A DNA stretch of 64,000 nt, taken from contig OX597822.1 of NCBI GenBank assembly GCA_951406725.2, positions 32,984,001 through 33,048,000 on the forward strand, in the 5' to 3' direction. This document shows positions 43,406 to 57,248 of the stretch, in pieces. A model generated the notes under the pieces. It searched no databases and had not been told where the DNA came from. It was given only the letters and a program-made list of their open reading frames with translations. Both the position numbers and the translations under genes were made by a program. The stretch comes from Octopus vulgaris. Taxonomy: Eukaryota. Numbering within the stretch: the stretch's first letter is position 1; each line of letters opens with the position of its first letter.

Positions 43406-43794
43406 GGAAATTGGCTAATTACAGTTTTTGTGAAATTCACTTTTTTTCCTCACTCAGACAATGAATGTTTCAGCAGTGAGTGAACTGTCCTGTGCACTAG
43501 ACTGTAATCCGTCTCCACAGTCATGTTCTTAGATAATTGCGCAATCATTGATAGTGCAAGCAATACAATACTTACCCACTCTACCACAATTCACACAACC
43601 AATACATGGGACGTCTATGAGATTATTTGAAGTGCTAGAAATAGCAGCCATATCTCATTCAAATCACACATTACTGTTTATCGAAAATATAAAATATAAA
43701 CAAAGCGAATAAGGAATTAATATCCGACAGTCTCAGGTATAAGTTTTATCTTTTCTCTTTTATTTGTTTCAGTATATCAATATTTATATTGAAA

Positions 43795-44025
43795 AGCACT
43801 GTGAATTGGCTAAGTATTTAGGGTGTCGGACGAAATAGTTTCCAGTATTTCTTTCTGTTCTTTATGTACCATGTTTGAATTCCGTCGAGGTCCGCTTTGT
43901 CTTTCATTACTCCAGATTAAATAACACAAAGTTCCTGTCAAATACTGGCGCCAGTAATCGATGTAATCGACTTATGCTGCTCTCCTCAAAATTCCTGGCG
44001 TTGTGCCTAAGTTAAAAGCAATTAT
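43795..44025 (+). mobile_element. SINE family A, old degenerate copy
   Basis: gtttgaattccgtcgaggtccgctttgtctttcatt...tcgatgtaatcgactt. Confidence 0.65.
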
Positions 44026-44409
44026 TTGCTTTGCTGAAATCGTGAAAACATGGGACAAAATACTCTAAAGAATGGAATGGCTGGTGTAAGAATAAAGTAA
44101 AAGGACTGACAGGTTAGTCTGGTCAAATGAAAAGATAAATCTATAATATTGTATTTGTGACGGAAAGTATTAAACCTATCAGTATTTAGCTTATTCTAGT
44201 TCTTTCTGAATTTCCAATCGCTATTAAGTAGAACATTTCTTTATCTGGTATCGATGAAATACACAAGACATCTTCTCATATCAGTACGAACAATTAGGTT
44301 CATCGCAGTGAATGTATAGCTTTGTTCCAATTCAAAAGAGTACACTGCTCTTTATAGTATGGTAGTAAACGCAACACACACACACACACACACACACGAT
44401 TGTAGAGCT

Positions 44410-45170
44410 GTTCACTGGTGCGGCAGACCGCTGCGTTGTCATCAGCATACTGAAATGATCTTTTGCTTCTTGTTTAGTCTTCGTGACTTCAATCTGGCAA
44501 GGTTGAAACATGCCCCCGTCATATCGGTACCTGATGTTGACTCCTAGATTGTCCGAACGCAGTTCATGAAACACTGCTGCAAATTACAGAGAGAAGAGCG
44601 TCAGAGCCAAAACGCATCCTTGTTTTAATCTTCCAGGGATGGGAAAGTCTTCAGAGAGTTGGCTTTGATGGAAGATGGTTCCAGGCACACCGTCTTGTAA
44701 ATCCTATACTAGGGAAATGAACTGATAGGGGCAGTCGAAGCGTCGGAGGGCCTTGAAACGGTATCAAAGATATTTTTGATGTAGAAAACAAAATATATGG
44801 GGGTTTTTTGTTGGTTTCTATTCTTTTTCCAGAAAGGGCCTTGCACAGTTTTTCCATGCGGTAGAGAGCAGAGATTCCACGATAGTTCCCACATATATTT
44901 CTATCTCATTGTTTGAAGATGGTGATGATAACAGCACCCTTGAGGTCTTTGGGAAAATGGTGGTTCTTCCACATTCGGAAAATCAATGTGAACAGACTGG
45001 AGTTTAATAGTAGTCCAGCATATTTTAGAAGTTCTACTGGGATGTTGTCTGGGTCACGGGACTTCTGCTGCTTCATGCGGTCGAGGGCTCTTTGTAGGAT
45101 GGTGGTGGCGTATACATCTAGTGTCCAGTTGGATGCATGCGTACGTTCTTCAAGATGTCTTCCGCCGCAT
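44410..45170 (-). mobile_element. RTE-clade LINE RT fragment
   Basis: MKQQKSRDPDNIPVELLK...PKDLKGAVIITIFK..CGNYRGIS, KQGCVLALTLFSL, GVNIRYRYDGGMF. Confidence 0.85.
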
Positions 45171-45405
45171 TAGGGAATAAGTTAGAAATAAGTTAGTAAA
45201 TATAACTTTACTTTAACCTCGAAACGCGTATGTAGCTAATCTGAGACGTGTGAATTCACTATTTTTTCTTTTTGCCTACGTAAAAAAGTGTTACTGTCTG
45301 GGAGATCATTATGGTAGTAGAAAAGGAATTTTAGCTCCTATTTCTAAACTCGGTGCGTGGTGAAGCAATTAGCTAACCCCTAATCATAATTTTATAATAC
45401 GTTTA

Positions 45406-45713
45406 AAAAACACACAAAAACGGTTAGATTCACTTCAGCATTTGAATTTAAATTGTCAAAATATTTTCGTCGCTTTGAGACCGCGACCTCTTCACACACA
45501 AAATTCCGTGCTGCATCATTTTTTTCAGTGAACAGGTCGCGGTTTCAAAGCGACGAAAATATTTTGACAAATTAAATTTAAATATTGAAGTAAGTCTAAT
45601 GTTTTTTTGTGTATTTCTTAAATGGCTTATAAACACCTTCCACGCTGCAATTGTTTTCGTTCCAGCACACGATCTCAGATCAGGTCTCTTGCTATGCAAG
45701 TACATCTCCGTAA
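45406..45713. mobile_element. Foldback element with hammerhead motifs on both strands
   Basis: Arms ~45406-45503 and 45521-45620 plus a tail homologous to 39125-39234. Confidence 0.8.
45521..45571 (+). ncRNA. Minimal type-I hammerhead-like ribozyme with G3:C8 core
   Basis: TTTTTCA-GTGAACA-G-GTCGC/ggtttcaaa/GCGAC-GAAA-ATAT-TT-TGACAAA; palindromic stem III AATATT; UUU triplet. Confidence 0.7.
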
Positions 45714-46880
45714 TGTATATATATATATGTATATTTGCATTCACATTCATGTGCATATGTAAATGTTTGTAGTGTGTGCGTTGGTGCGCGTTGGTGCGCA
45801 AGTACGTGTGTGCGTGTGTCCGTCTGTATCTGTCTGAATGTTTGTCTGTCTGTGTGTCTTTTATCGATAGGCAGATATTGGCAAAAGCAAAACTAGTGCT
45901 TTATTAACGAAGTCCCTTGGGCTATGTGTCCCGTATCGAGTTAAAAACGTGATATACTGAAACAATAATTGGCGCTGCGTAAGTCGGTAATTAAGAGACT
46001 ATAATTCCCCAATTGCAATATAAAATGTTTAATAACCAAATAGAGAAATAGTTTTACAATGAAGTCACATTTCATTTCCTTACTAGAGAGCCAATGTGAT
46101 ATATCATATAGCATCGCATGCACTTTACTATATGTCGTTTGATAATACATATAATTTTGAAATTTACTTAGAAGTACAACACAAATATTCGTTTAAAAGA
46201 TTATATGATTAAATATATTTAGAACACGCATGGATTCCTGTTTGTTTAATGTTTTCGTAAATTATTCTGTATTGTATTAAAGATTCAGTGGCGCTCATTA
46301 GGAGATTCTTGTGTCTATATTAATGCTTCTCACGTACATCTTACACAAACCTCATTCAATGTTTCCCCATTGTTTTGAATTAAATTATGTAAAACATTTT
46401 GTGTCTCATTGACAGTTAAGTAGTTTATATTTCAAATTAATCTTTTAGTCTCTTTGAAATACGAGAATTTGAATAATGAATTGCGAGAGAGTGTGTTTTG
46501 TTCTACAGAAACTTGCATAATAGTTCTATAAACTGAATGATAAATGAAAATATGTATAGCTTGGTGCTTTATAGAATATTATTAGAAATACGTCTTTTCT
46601 CATTTAATTTACACATTTATAACAATCCATTAAAGATTTGTACATTGCAACACTAAAACTTGTATTCAGAATATTCCACAATGCCAAACATCCTCAACTG
46701 TGTAGCTACTAATTACGTAATTAACGTTCATCTTGATAAAGAAACTTCATATTTTCACGAGAATTTGAGATTTTCTTTTATTTCAGTTACCATCGTTCTT
46801 ATCATAGTGTCTCGAAGTGCTGTATCTTAAACTATAAAATGAATGGCGTTGGATCGATTTTCTTAACTGTAAAAAGAAGA

Positions 46881-47026
46881 TAGGCGCAGAGGCGCCTGTG
46901 TGGTAAGAAGCCTGCTTCACAACCACATGGTTCCAGATTCAGGTCCACTGCGTGGTACGTCGGGCAAGTGTCTTCTACTATATCCTCGGGCCGACTAAAG
47001 CATTATAGCAGACGGAAAAGCCCGTC

Positions 47027-47067
<41 letters not shown>

Positions 47068-47303
47068 TATGTATGTATGTATGTGTGAGTGTATCTTTGT
47101 GTCTGTCCCCCTACCACCACGACTTCACAACCGGTGTTGATGTGTTAGTATCCCCGTAATGTAGCGGTTCGGCAGACGACCGCTTGAATAAATACCGAAC
47201 TTAAAAAAAAAGAAATGGAGTCGAGTCATTTGACTAAAAATGCAAGGTGGTACCCCAGCATGGCCGCAGTCTAATGACTGAAACAAGTAAAATATAAAAA
47301 GAT
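46881..47303 (+). mobile_element. SINE family B
   Basis: ctgtgtggtaagaag...gggcaagtgtcttctactata...taatgactgaaacaagtaaaa. Confidence 0.88.
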
Positions 47304-47429
47304 AAGCGATTCTTTAAGGTTTTTGGTTGCATTAAAGAAACAAAAGACCTTTAAAATTTTTGGTCCACTAAGATAGCAAAAAAAAAGAAAAAACCCGTAG
47401 TAATGTTTTGCTGTTTGCGTTGTGTTATC

Positions 47430-48110
47430 TTTTATTTATTAGATTTTGGGGAAGTGACACAGCACATACTCTTCGCAGGTCTCCCTTTCGAACTTTTCGA
47501 ATCCTTCATTACCTGCAGGAAATCGATGAGCAAGAATGTAATTTCAAAGAGCTGACGTTCTAGGTTGAAAGAAGTGAGTATAGGGATTGGTGTGGAGGCC
47601 AGAAACTGGACACCACAAGGAGGATGGGAGGTTGATTGGGAATACTTGAATTGAGGTAGTATGAGTGCAGCTAGGTCCGATAAGCAGCCTCCGTTGTAGT
47701 AGCCGTATGAAAGGTAGTGAGAGGAGATTGTGCTCTGCACCAAAGACTGCAGCGTGTCTGTGTGTAAAGCTAGTCATCTGCTGAAGACCTTAATATCTAG
47801 TTTTAAACTAACACAATGTGAACGAGGGAAAAAGCCTTACCTTCAGTGTTCTATACGAGAAATGCTATTTGGTCAAGGTTATGTTACAAGCGTTCATGCA
47901 CACAGACAATTTAAGTTTTATTGGAGAATATTTAGGTTTCTATAAGTTCAAATTCATCGGGCTTTTGCTCTGCTTCTGAGTATGGCGGATTAAACAGCAA
48001 AACTTAGTGTTGTTGCTTTGGCTGTATGTGAATATGACGAAATAGATTTGGTGGGGTGAAGTGCTGATTGATGAGAAAACTGGAGAGCCGGTACGAAAGG
48101 AGCGCAAAAT
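47430..48110 (-). mobile_element. CR1/L2-group LINE RT 3' remnant
   Basis: HRHAAVF..YGYYNGGCLSDLAALILP...FFQPRTSAL resembles HRR.V..L..FYRYYNG.CS.ELA...FFPRT..LWN. Confidence 0.7.
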
Positions 48111-48202
48111 GAGAGTGGATGATAAATATGATTGAACTAAATTCAGTTTTATCACGAGTAAACTTTTGTGAACCTGATATGAATGAAATACCCGCCATAA
48201 TA

Positions 48203-48420
48203 TTGGTTTCAAATTTTAGCACGAGGCCAGCAGTTTTGAAAGCGGGGCTAAGTCGATTAAATCGTCCCCGTTGCTTAACTGGTACTTATTTTATAGACCA
48301 CAAAAAGGATGAAAAGCAAAGTGGACCTCGGTGGAATTTGAACTCAGAACGAAAAGATGGACGAAATGCCTCTAAGCATTTTGTCTGGTGTGGTAACGAT
48401 TCTGCCAGCTTACCACCTTA
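48203..48420 (-). mobile_element. SINE family A
   Basis: aaggatgaaaagcaaagtggacctcggtggaatttgaactcagaacg. Confidence 0.85.
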
Positions 48421-48437
48421 CATGCAATTTAATATTC

Positions 48438-48832
48438 TTTTCTATTCTCTACTCTAGTTAGAAAACACGAAATTTTGAGGGAGAGGGCCATTCGCTTAGA
48501 TCGACCCCAGTGCGCAACTGGTACTCAATTTATCGACTCCTGAAAGACAAAGTCGACCTCGGTGGAATTTGAGCTCAGAACGAAAAGACAGACGAAATAT
48601 CTATTTCTTTACTGCCCACAAGGGGCTACACACAGAGGGGCCAGACAAGGACAGACAAACTGATTAAGTCGATTATATCGACCCCAGTGCGTAACTGGTA
48701 TTTAATTTATTGACTCCGAAAGGATGAAAGGCAAGGTCGACCTCGGCGGAATTTGAACTCAGAACGTAGCGGCAGACGAAATACCGCTAAACATTTCTCC
48801 CGTCGTGCTAACATTTCTGCCAGCTCGCCGCC
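48438..48832 (-). mobile_element. Dimeric SINE family A
   Basis: Two core units ending in ctgccagctcgccgcc. Confidence 0.88.
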
Positions 48833-50339
48833 ATACACGGAATTTAATATTAAACATTTAATGATTTCGTTAATTTGTCTCATTAAGTACATGCAATATG
48901 TATTAACTATAAATATTAGTAAACATGCTGAACAATACTGATTTTATTATTTACTCTGATGTAGATGTAGCAGTTCAGGCCCCATTTCCCTTTTTTAATA
49001 CTGGGTAGAACGAGGTGGAGAGTAAGATACCCTTGAATCAGAGACACCGGAAATGAATGCTTGTAACGAATTTAATTCTGATAAAGTCACACATGCGATA
49101 CGTAATTTTCATTTTTAATCAGATGAAGGATTACAGCCACTCGCCCCGCCATATTCTTTGATTATCAGAAATTCTCGGGATCGGAATTTACTATATTCAG
49201 ACTTCGGTTCATGCTTTAGGATCATTCACTTTCTTTACACCATCAATACGGATAATATTCTCTGAAACTGTAAAAAATGTAAAGCTAGAGCTGAACTAAA
49301 TATTGTTTCCTATGGGAGATATAATTTTAGATCGTAATTTGAAGTGTTTGTAGAAAGAATTTTGACAGGTTCCATTGCACAACTATAAATATTTAAATGA
49401 ACAACAACCGCCAATCACTTCTAACTACTAACCAAAATCAACCTTAATTCATGGTTTAGTGTCATTCATTTCCCTTATGCCAGCAAAATTCTCCAAAAAA
49501 ATTTAAAATGTTGAATGGATTTCCACGAAATATCATTTGCTAAGTGAGATATAATTTTAACATGAAATTTAGTTAGAAAATCAGAAATTGATTGCAATTT
49601 AGATAATACAGTTTGAGTAATTTCTATCACATGTAAGACAACGATGACATATTGTAGTCTAAGGTGAATGATTGAGTGAAATGAATGATTCAATTATAAT
49701 CTAAACGAAAGATATATGGCGCTGGAAAAGAAAGAACGTGAATTCAGAAGCCTTCGAATTATTCTTTAAATGGTCAGATAAAATCGTTTGAATGAAAAAA
49801 ATATTTAAAGCGATATAAATAAGTTTCAAAAGTCAATAATATAACACCAAACACATAAATCTTTCAATGTAATATATCATCATTCGGAGATTAAAACCAA
49901 ATGTCATATACATTTCAATACGATATATATTTCTCAGTGAAATCATATTTAGATATTTACAGCCGTCACATGAAGCTAATGATATTGATACCATATATAA
50001 ACAAAAGTCCGAAGGCTGGGAGACATATTGTGTTGCTTTAAGAGACTTGACTTAAAGTGCATTAATGGGATAATTTATTGACTATAAACTGGGTAAAAGA
50101 AAATGAAATGCTTACAAAATTTTACCTCCTAAGAATAACCTGTCTACATAAGCGCAATAATAATTCCTGTTTGGTTTATGACAGATACGGAAAATCTCCA
50201 GTTTACTATGTCTCGATAAAACGAGTCTTGTAAGAACTCAAGACTTTACATTAACTAGTAAAGATGTCTTCCAAAGTAATAATTGGGGACGTATCAAAGG
50301 AGCGACAGATAGGTTTAGAACGTGAGGTAAAAGTGTAAA

Positions 50340-50542
50340 GAGTAAAGGGTAAAGACCCGCTTCGGTCATGAATGACCATGGGATAACACCTAGAGAATTT
50401 ACCTCCAAGGTACAAGTCCGCACAACCGATGTTATCCAAGGGAGAGGTAAGGGCCGATTACAGCTTGGCACCAGTGACGTCGCAACTCATTACAGCAGAG
50501 TGAACTGAAGCAACGTGAAATAAAGTGTCTTGCGCAGGAACC
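50340..50542 (-). mobile_element. SINE family C, 5'-truncated
   Basis: ccgatgttatccaaggga...gtgacgtcgcaactcatt...gcaacgtgaaataaagtgtcttgc matches 18310-18430. Confidence 0.85.
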
Positions 50543-50739
50543 TGAGATACTACACTTGCAAAAGTAAAGCCATATTCTTGCAAAATCTCATGTAGTAGTG
50601 GCGGCCTTCTTACAGTATGATATGAGGGATCGAGGGTAATGTGACGGAGTGTTGGTCAAAGATCGGTCAGATGTATTCTCTGAAATATGCAACTAAAATT
50701 GTTGTTGATATGCTTATGATAATAAACTTCATAAAGATC

Positions 50740-50774
<35 letters not shown>

Positions 50775-50935
50775 GTGTTTGTGTGTGCGTGCATTTGTAA
50801 GTGTGTGTGTGCCACTTTTCCTCCGAGCAAAACAGAGGCTTATGAGAGAATTTGCTAGACAGAAGCTGAACGAAACCAGGCGAAATATATATATAGCGAG
50901 AGAGAGAGAGACAGACATACAGACAGACAGACAGT

Positions 50936-51142
<207 letters not shown>

Positions 51143-51734
51143 ACTATATAGTCCCAAACTTACATATACGTTACATACAATAATTTTTTTCTTGGCTTGG
51201 ATTCGCGAGCAAAGATTTACGAAGGAGGACGTCCACATTTGATGCAGGCTTCTGATGCCAATGAGTCCGTTTCGGGCAAACAGTCACGTCCGTGCTATGT
51301 AAGGACAGTCATTCATACATGCTTATACACTTGTGGTTGTAATAAAATCATCATACATGCATACAAGTAATGGTAGACTTTCATAGTCCGAAAATGATTG
51401 TTCTACAATTTCTTGCTGAACTATCTGCCCAATATTTTTTTCTTTGTACTGATCAAATGTTTCTGTTGTCACATTAGCTGACTCCTCTTCATCAAATCGA
51501 CGTTGCTTGTACAGGTGTTCCATACTTCAGTAGTCGATGTGATCACAGATGAACGTGAGATGAACAGTTTTGCTGAAAAACACAGCACACCATCCAGTCT
51601 AGGGATTAAAACCATGATTCTTCAATCGTGAGTGCAACACCCTAACCAGTAAGTCATATGCTTTCTTGTATATACATACATACATACATACATACATACA
51701 TACATACATACATACATACATGCATACATAGGAC

Positions 51735-52250
51735 TCTATATAAGGAAATCCGTCAGAAGGATATCCCAATGACAAAGAAATAAGAACCCACAATATAGTA
51801 GAATCCATAGCCACTCATAGAAAAAAGGAATGCTGGTGGAATGTACCAGTGAAGACCACAATAAAATGTAAGCACAACAGATCTGATATAATGATTTGGG
51901 ATAGAGAAGGGAAACTGCCCGGCAGATGTTAACATAAAGCTGAAGATCAGTGAAAAAGGGAACACTTATGCTGAACTATTCAGAAATCTGCAGTTACTCT
52001 ATCCAGATTACTAGTTCAGGTTTATACCTGTAATTGTTGGGGCCCTGGGATATGTAGCATATTACCTAAATACCAAGGTTGAGAAATTAGGTTTCTCAAA
52101 ACCAGAAAGGAGAAAGCTAATTTGAAGACTACAGATCTAATCCATCACTGTAAAACTTTCCAGAAGCTTATCATTCAAATATATATGAACATGTCTAGAT
52201 ATGCAACTATATGCATGAGAATACATACATAAAACATACAAATCTGCTCA
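51735..52250 (+). mobile_element. R4/Dong-type LINE endonuclease fragment (second family)
   Basis: ECWWNVPVKTTIKCKHNRSDIMIWDREGK..PADVNIKLKISEKGNTYAELFRNLQLLYPDY*FRFIPVIVGALGY; lies next to (TACA)n. Confidence 0.8.
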
Positions 52251-52303
52251 TACATGCATACATCCACATACTACTTGTTTCTCTCCTTGTTTTTTCTGTG
52301 TCC

Positions 52304-52339
52304 CTTTCTGTAGATGAGCGTAGGTTCGAAACGTAAAAG
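52304..52339 (+). ncRNA. Variant minimal hammerhead motif (A6 replaced by U) in a short repeat (~52270-52437)
   Basis: CTTT-CTGTAGA-T-GAGC/gtag/GTTC-GAAA-CG-TA-AAAG. Confidence 0.65.
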
Positions 52340-52504
52340 ACGTTTTCTATTCCTGAGCGTTATGCTAATACATCTGTTTGTTTTGTACACCACCTGTCTT
52401 CGTCTGTTGTCTTTTTTTTTTCGTAAACTCTCCCTATGCATACATACATACATACATACATACATACATACATACATACATACATACATACATACATACA
52501 TACA

Positions 52505-52614
52505 AAAATACCCTGTTGATGATGTTGAAATTCTAATGTAGGAGCCGTGGATCAATGTTAGAAACTGGTTCTTTCTCAATTGGCAAGAAATCTTTAAATA
52601 AACTGAATAATGAC
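52505..52614 (+). repeat. Short interspersed repeat, copy of 23757-23868
   Basis: Alignment by eye. Confidence 0.75.
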
Positions 52615-52748
52615 CTACAAACACACACACACACACATATATTTATACATATATGCATACATACATACATAAAAACACACACGCATACACACAGACATAT
52701 ACAAAGATACATACATACATACATGCATACATACATGCATACATACAT

Positions 52749-52795
<47 letters not shown>

Positions 52796-52796
52796 A

Positions 52797-52827
<31 letters not shown>

Positions 52828-53256
52828 TGTATGTATATGTCTATCTTGTATGTACTTTTTATTGTAAGTATTTTTCTGCTTAATTCGTATACGTGCGACT
52901 GTATTTTCCTGGTGCGCTTCCTCATATACTAGACTTTATAGACCATCTGATGTTTTATCTTATCTGCCAATATTTACTTCATTTATAACCATTTACTAAC
53001 AGTTATTTATTTATGTCAAATAAAATATTCTAGCTTATTGAACACCGGAGCATTGCGTTGGAATGTTCGCTATGGATAAGCGCATGTGTGTATGCATGTA
53101 TGTATGTATGTATATATGTATGCATGTATGTATGTATGTATGTATGTATGTATGTATTATGTATGTATGTATGTATATATGTATGTATGTATGCATGCAT
53201 GCATATATAAATGCTTGTGTAGGTCTGTGCAAATCATTATGGATATGCGTTTGCTG

Positions 53257-53288
<32 letters not shown>

Positions 53289-53462
53289 TCAGCAAAATCT
53301 AGATCCAAATGAATATGGTACTTAAATTAGATGCACCAGAATCTTGTACGGTATTATCCATATAAATCCATGTGATTATTATAATCAAAATAAGCAACAA
53401 GTATATCTTCGGTAATTTGGTACGATCGTTTTACGCTACATCATTTTGTTAAACATTGTGAG

Positions 53463-53625
<163 letters not shown>

Positions 53626-54280
53626 CTTTCTATCTTCTACGATATATATTTTAATAATTACTGGTATTTTTGTATATGTAAAGCTTAATATGTTATACAT
53701 GTATGTATATTGTTATAATTGCTTTTTATAAATAAATAGACATAATATAATGTCTAAAACTTGATGAATACCACCTCTTGATCCCTTCCATTTTCTTATT
53801 GCTGTATATATATATATATATACATATAATGCATATATACATATATATGTACATATAATGCATATATATATATATATTATATATACACATATATATATGT
53901 ATACATACATACATATACACATGAAGTAAATTTTCTTGAGTTACTAAACAATGTATCACAACTATGGAATGTCCTGCAACGAACACATATCGTTTTCCAA
54001 TAAAGAAATTTAAATCCACCACTTTACATTGAGTAACGAAGTTGTACATCGTCTCGGCTTCTCCACTTTTAACATGTTTGAACTTTGCAATATAAATATG
54101 CGTATGTAAAAAAAAAAACATCATAGAATATAAAATAATGTTTTCAAGGTGATCATGCTACTATATCATTGTCAATATTATCTTCTGTTTAGCAACGTTA
54201 AATTAGTAAAATATTTCATTATTCGATAAATAGCGTCCATGTTATATTATATAATAAATAATATCCATATCCTAGGAATG

Positions 54281-54323
<43 letters not shown>

Positions 54324-56534
54324 GTGTGTATGTATGTATGTATTTATGTATGTATGTATGTATATATATGTAACTGAATGAAACAATATATGCTGTAGAT
54401 AAAGGATCACAATCCTAACATCCTTCATATATATTAGTTTTAATATTCTAATGCTCAATAACGCAGTATCTATGTAGTTTCAGCTTCGTTGCAACTGTGT
54501 ATTAGGGTGAACATAATCTATGTGTAAGGCTTGATAGATGGGAAATTTTCTTTAACCAATCAGATGCACTGTCGCTGTTCTCATGAGGTAAATGTGTTAC
54601 TTGTCCTGGTATGAAATACATCACCCGAACTTTCGATGTATTTTGTACATACCACTCCATTACAAACATTGAAACGCGCGCTCTGCTCTTCATTTTCTGA
54701 TTTTCAATAGTATAGTTTAATTCACACGTTCCTTACCTATATATACCTATATGTGATAATCTATGTGAATGTGTGTGTGCGTGTGTTCCTGCATGCATGA
54801 GTGCAGACCCACGTGCATTGGTCTATAAAGAAGTAAGTAACTTCATTGCGACAGCTTTCTAGCTGGTGGCAGCAGCCAACGGAAGCAATTGCAGTTGGTG
54901 ATAACTTACCGTGATGGTTGAAATAGAAGTCATGATTCATTGTACGCTAAGTGGTACAACAGTGTCTGGAATTTGGCAATCAGCATTCTCACACAACCCC
55001 AATTATCTTGACTTTATATTGTTACTGGACATTGTGTAATAGCTAGAGAGTGAGTCCAAAACGCATGCAATTCCTTGATTGATATAAACATTACTCTGTC
55101 TTAGTATCAGTGTCTTGCAGATCAGAAGAAAATGTAGCACAAGATTGACAGTTCCTTGCCTCAGCTAATCGTATTGTATTGGTTAACGCTCATGTACGAC
55201 ATTGAAATAATACCACTTCTCTAGTTTCTGGCGCATTAAAGATTTAGTTTTAGCAGGAATTAGTTTAAGCTACTGTTCTCTAACCGCTACCATGTGACTG
55301 CCTCATTTCTCAAAGTGTGGCACAATTAGTCATTGGATATGATCTTCATTGATTATTGATGACTAACGCTTTTTGAAACCGTAGGCGGTAGTTCTTTGAT
55401 TGTATCGTTAAAAATTAGTAATATGGTTTTGAATGGGGATATTTTTTTCATTTTATTTGCCACTGTAACAATTTTCAATTTTTATCAATCTACTTTCTAT
55501 TCACAAATTTCAAACCACAAGACATTTCGCGTGTTACATTTACATGTTGCCTTCCATTTATTACTTCTTAAAGTGCTACTTTATAAATACATACATTATA
55601 CCTTTTTATGATGCAAGGTTGTATACAACTAGCATCTCAGATTACTTGGTAGGTAACAAAAACATGAGAACTTTACAAGAAAAGAAAACATGCAAGGAGT
55701 CGTATTAGAATTGATCACACCACAAGAAACATTTTTTATGAAACAGTAAACAGGAAATTTTAAATAATTTCTACATGGCTTGTTATGAAAACTAGCAGTG
55801 GTATTTTGAGCTACAATCGCTTTTTAGATGTTTACATAAAATGTATTCTGTGAAGCGCAAACCACTTACCATTGTTTCTACTGTAAAAGCAAAGAAGTGT
55901 TCTAATATTAAGTGCAAAAATAAATGCTTACTGAAATGTTAGAGTAAAGTGTTTTGAATAAGATTTAAAACAGTAAATAAACTTTGTTCTATTAAAGCTG
56001 ACATGCAGAGAGAATTTAGGTCGGGTATGCGAATATTTATCTTAGAATTCGAGAAGTATCGGCGAAAAAATATATAGATAATAGTAAATCTACAATAATG
56101 TTAGTCCTAAATAAGTCACGTATTTGAATTTGTTAAACTGGTCATAGTCCATTTTTTTTGGAAAACACAAAAATAAAGTAGCAATACAGAAGTTCTGCCA
56201 CAAACTATAAGCTAATGTAGTGCAGTTATAAAATGCTCTGTCAGGAAATTGCATACTATAATCATCGGTTGTTTGACATTTTTAACCATAGCACACATAT
56301 ACCTTGTGGAATGTTACGTATTTTCCAATAACATTAGTTGAAACACAAATGTTATTGAGGAAACTAGAATCAATTCAACTATGACCAGTCTTTGATTGAT
56401 ACTTAATGTAATCGAACACAAAATGAAGATATGCAAAGCCAATCATGGCGTGATCCGAGGTTAACATATGAAATGAAAGGTTGGTGTCCAATGACTGAGA
56501 CAAGTAAAAGATATACGTACATATATATATATAT

Positions 56535-56825
56535 CACCGTGATCACCGTGACCGACCAGGCTATCAGATGGCGCTATACATCGCTGGTCACAAAGCGCTT
56601 CGCATTGTTTTAGCCTTCAAATGACGCCACTCCGCTAGCTAAGCGAGCAGGCCAGCAGAAGAAAGAGTGAGAGAAAGTTGAGACGAAAGAGTACAGCAGG
56701 GATCGCCACCACCACCTGCCGGAGCTTCGAGGAGCTTTAGGTGTTTGCGCTCAATAAATACTCACAACGCCCGGTCTGGGAATCGAAATCGCGATCCTAC
56801 GACCACTGGGCCATTGAGCTTCCAC
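56535..56825 (-). mobile_element. tRNA-derived SINE family D (internally deleted head)
   Basis: Minus-strand head gtggaagctcaatggcccagtggt...gatttcgattcccagaccggg; short tandem cacggt tail. Confidence 0.7.
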
Positions 56826-56838
56826 ACACACACACACA

Positions 56839-56907
<69 letters not shown>

Positions 56908-56940
56908 ATGTGTGCGTGTGTATGTATTGTAAAGTAGTTA

Positions 56941-57200
56941 CTCGTCGTCAATTATTATAGTATCGCCACAATATATGACGAGCAATAAGATATATAAGGA
57001 AGCAAGGTAACAACAACGTACAAATTCAACAAACTCTCCACCAACTATACACGAATCAACAAACGATATTCCGACAAACTACTAAAAGCTTACGACTTCC
57101 TCCAATTAACACCTACTCCGTCACTCATTCAGACCATTAACATTCAAGGACGTTCGGTCAACACTATTCTCGCAAGGGAGTTGTGACACTCACCACAACA
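56941..57200 (-). mobile_element. Gypsy-type LTR with primer-binding site (truncated 5' end)
   Basis: Minus strand starts TGTTGTGGTG and ends TACTATAATA (differs from the perfect inverse only by C>T), immediately followed by atTGACGACGAG, close to the TGGCGACGAG PBS. Confidence 0.55.
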
Positions 57201-57203
57201 ATA

Positions 57204-57248
<45 letters not shown>

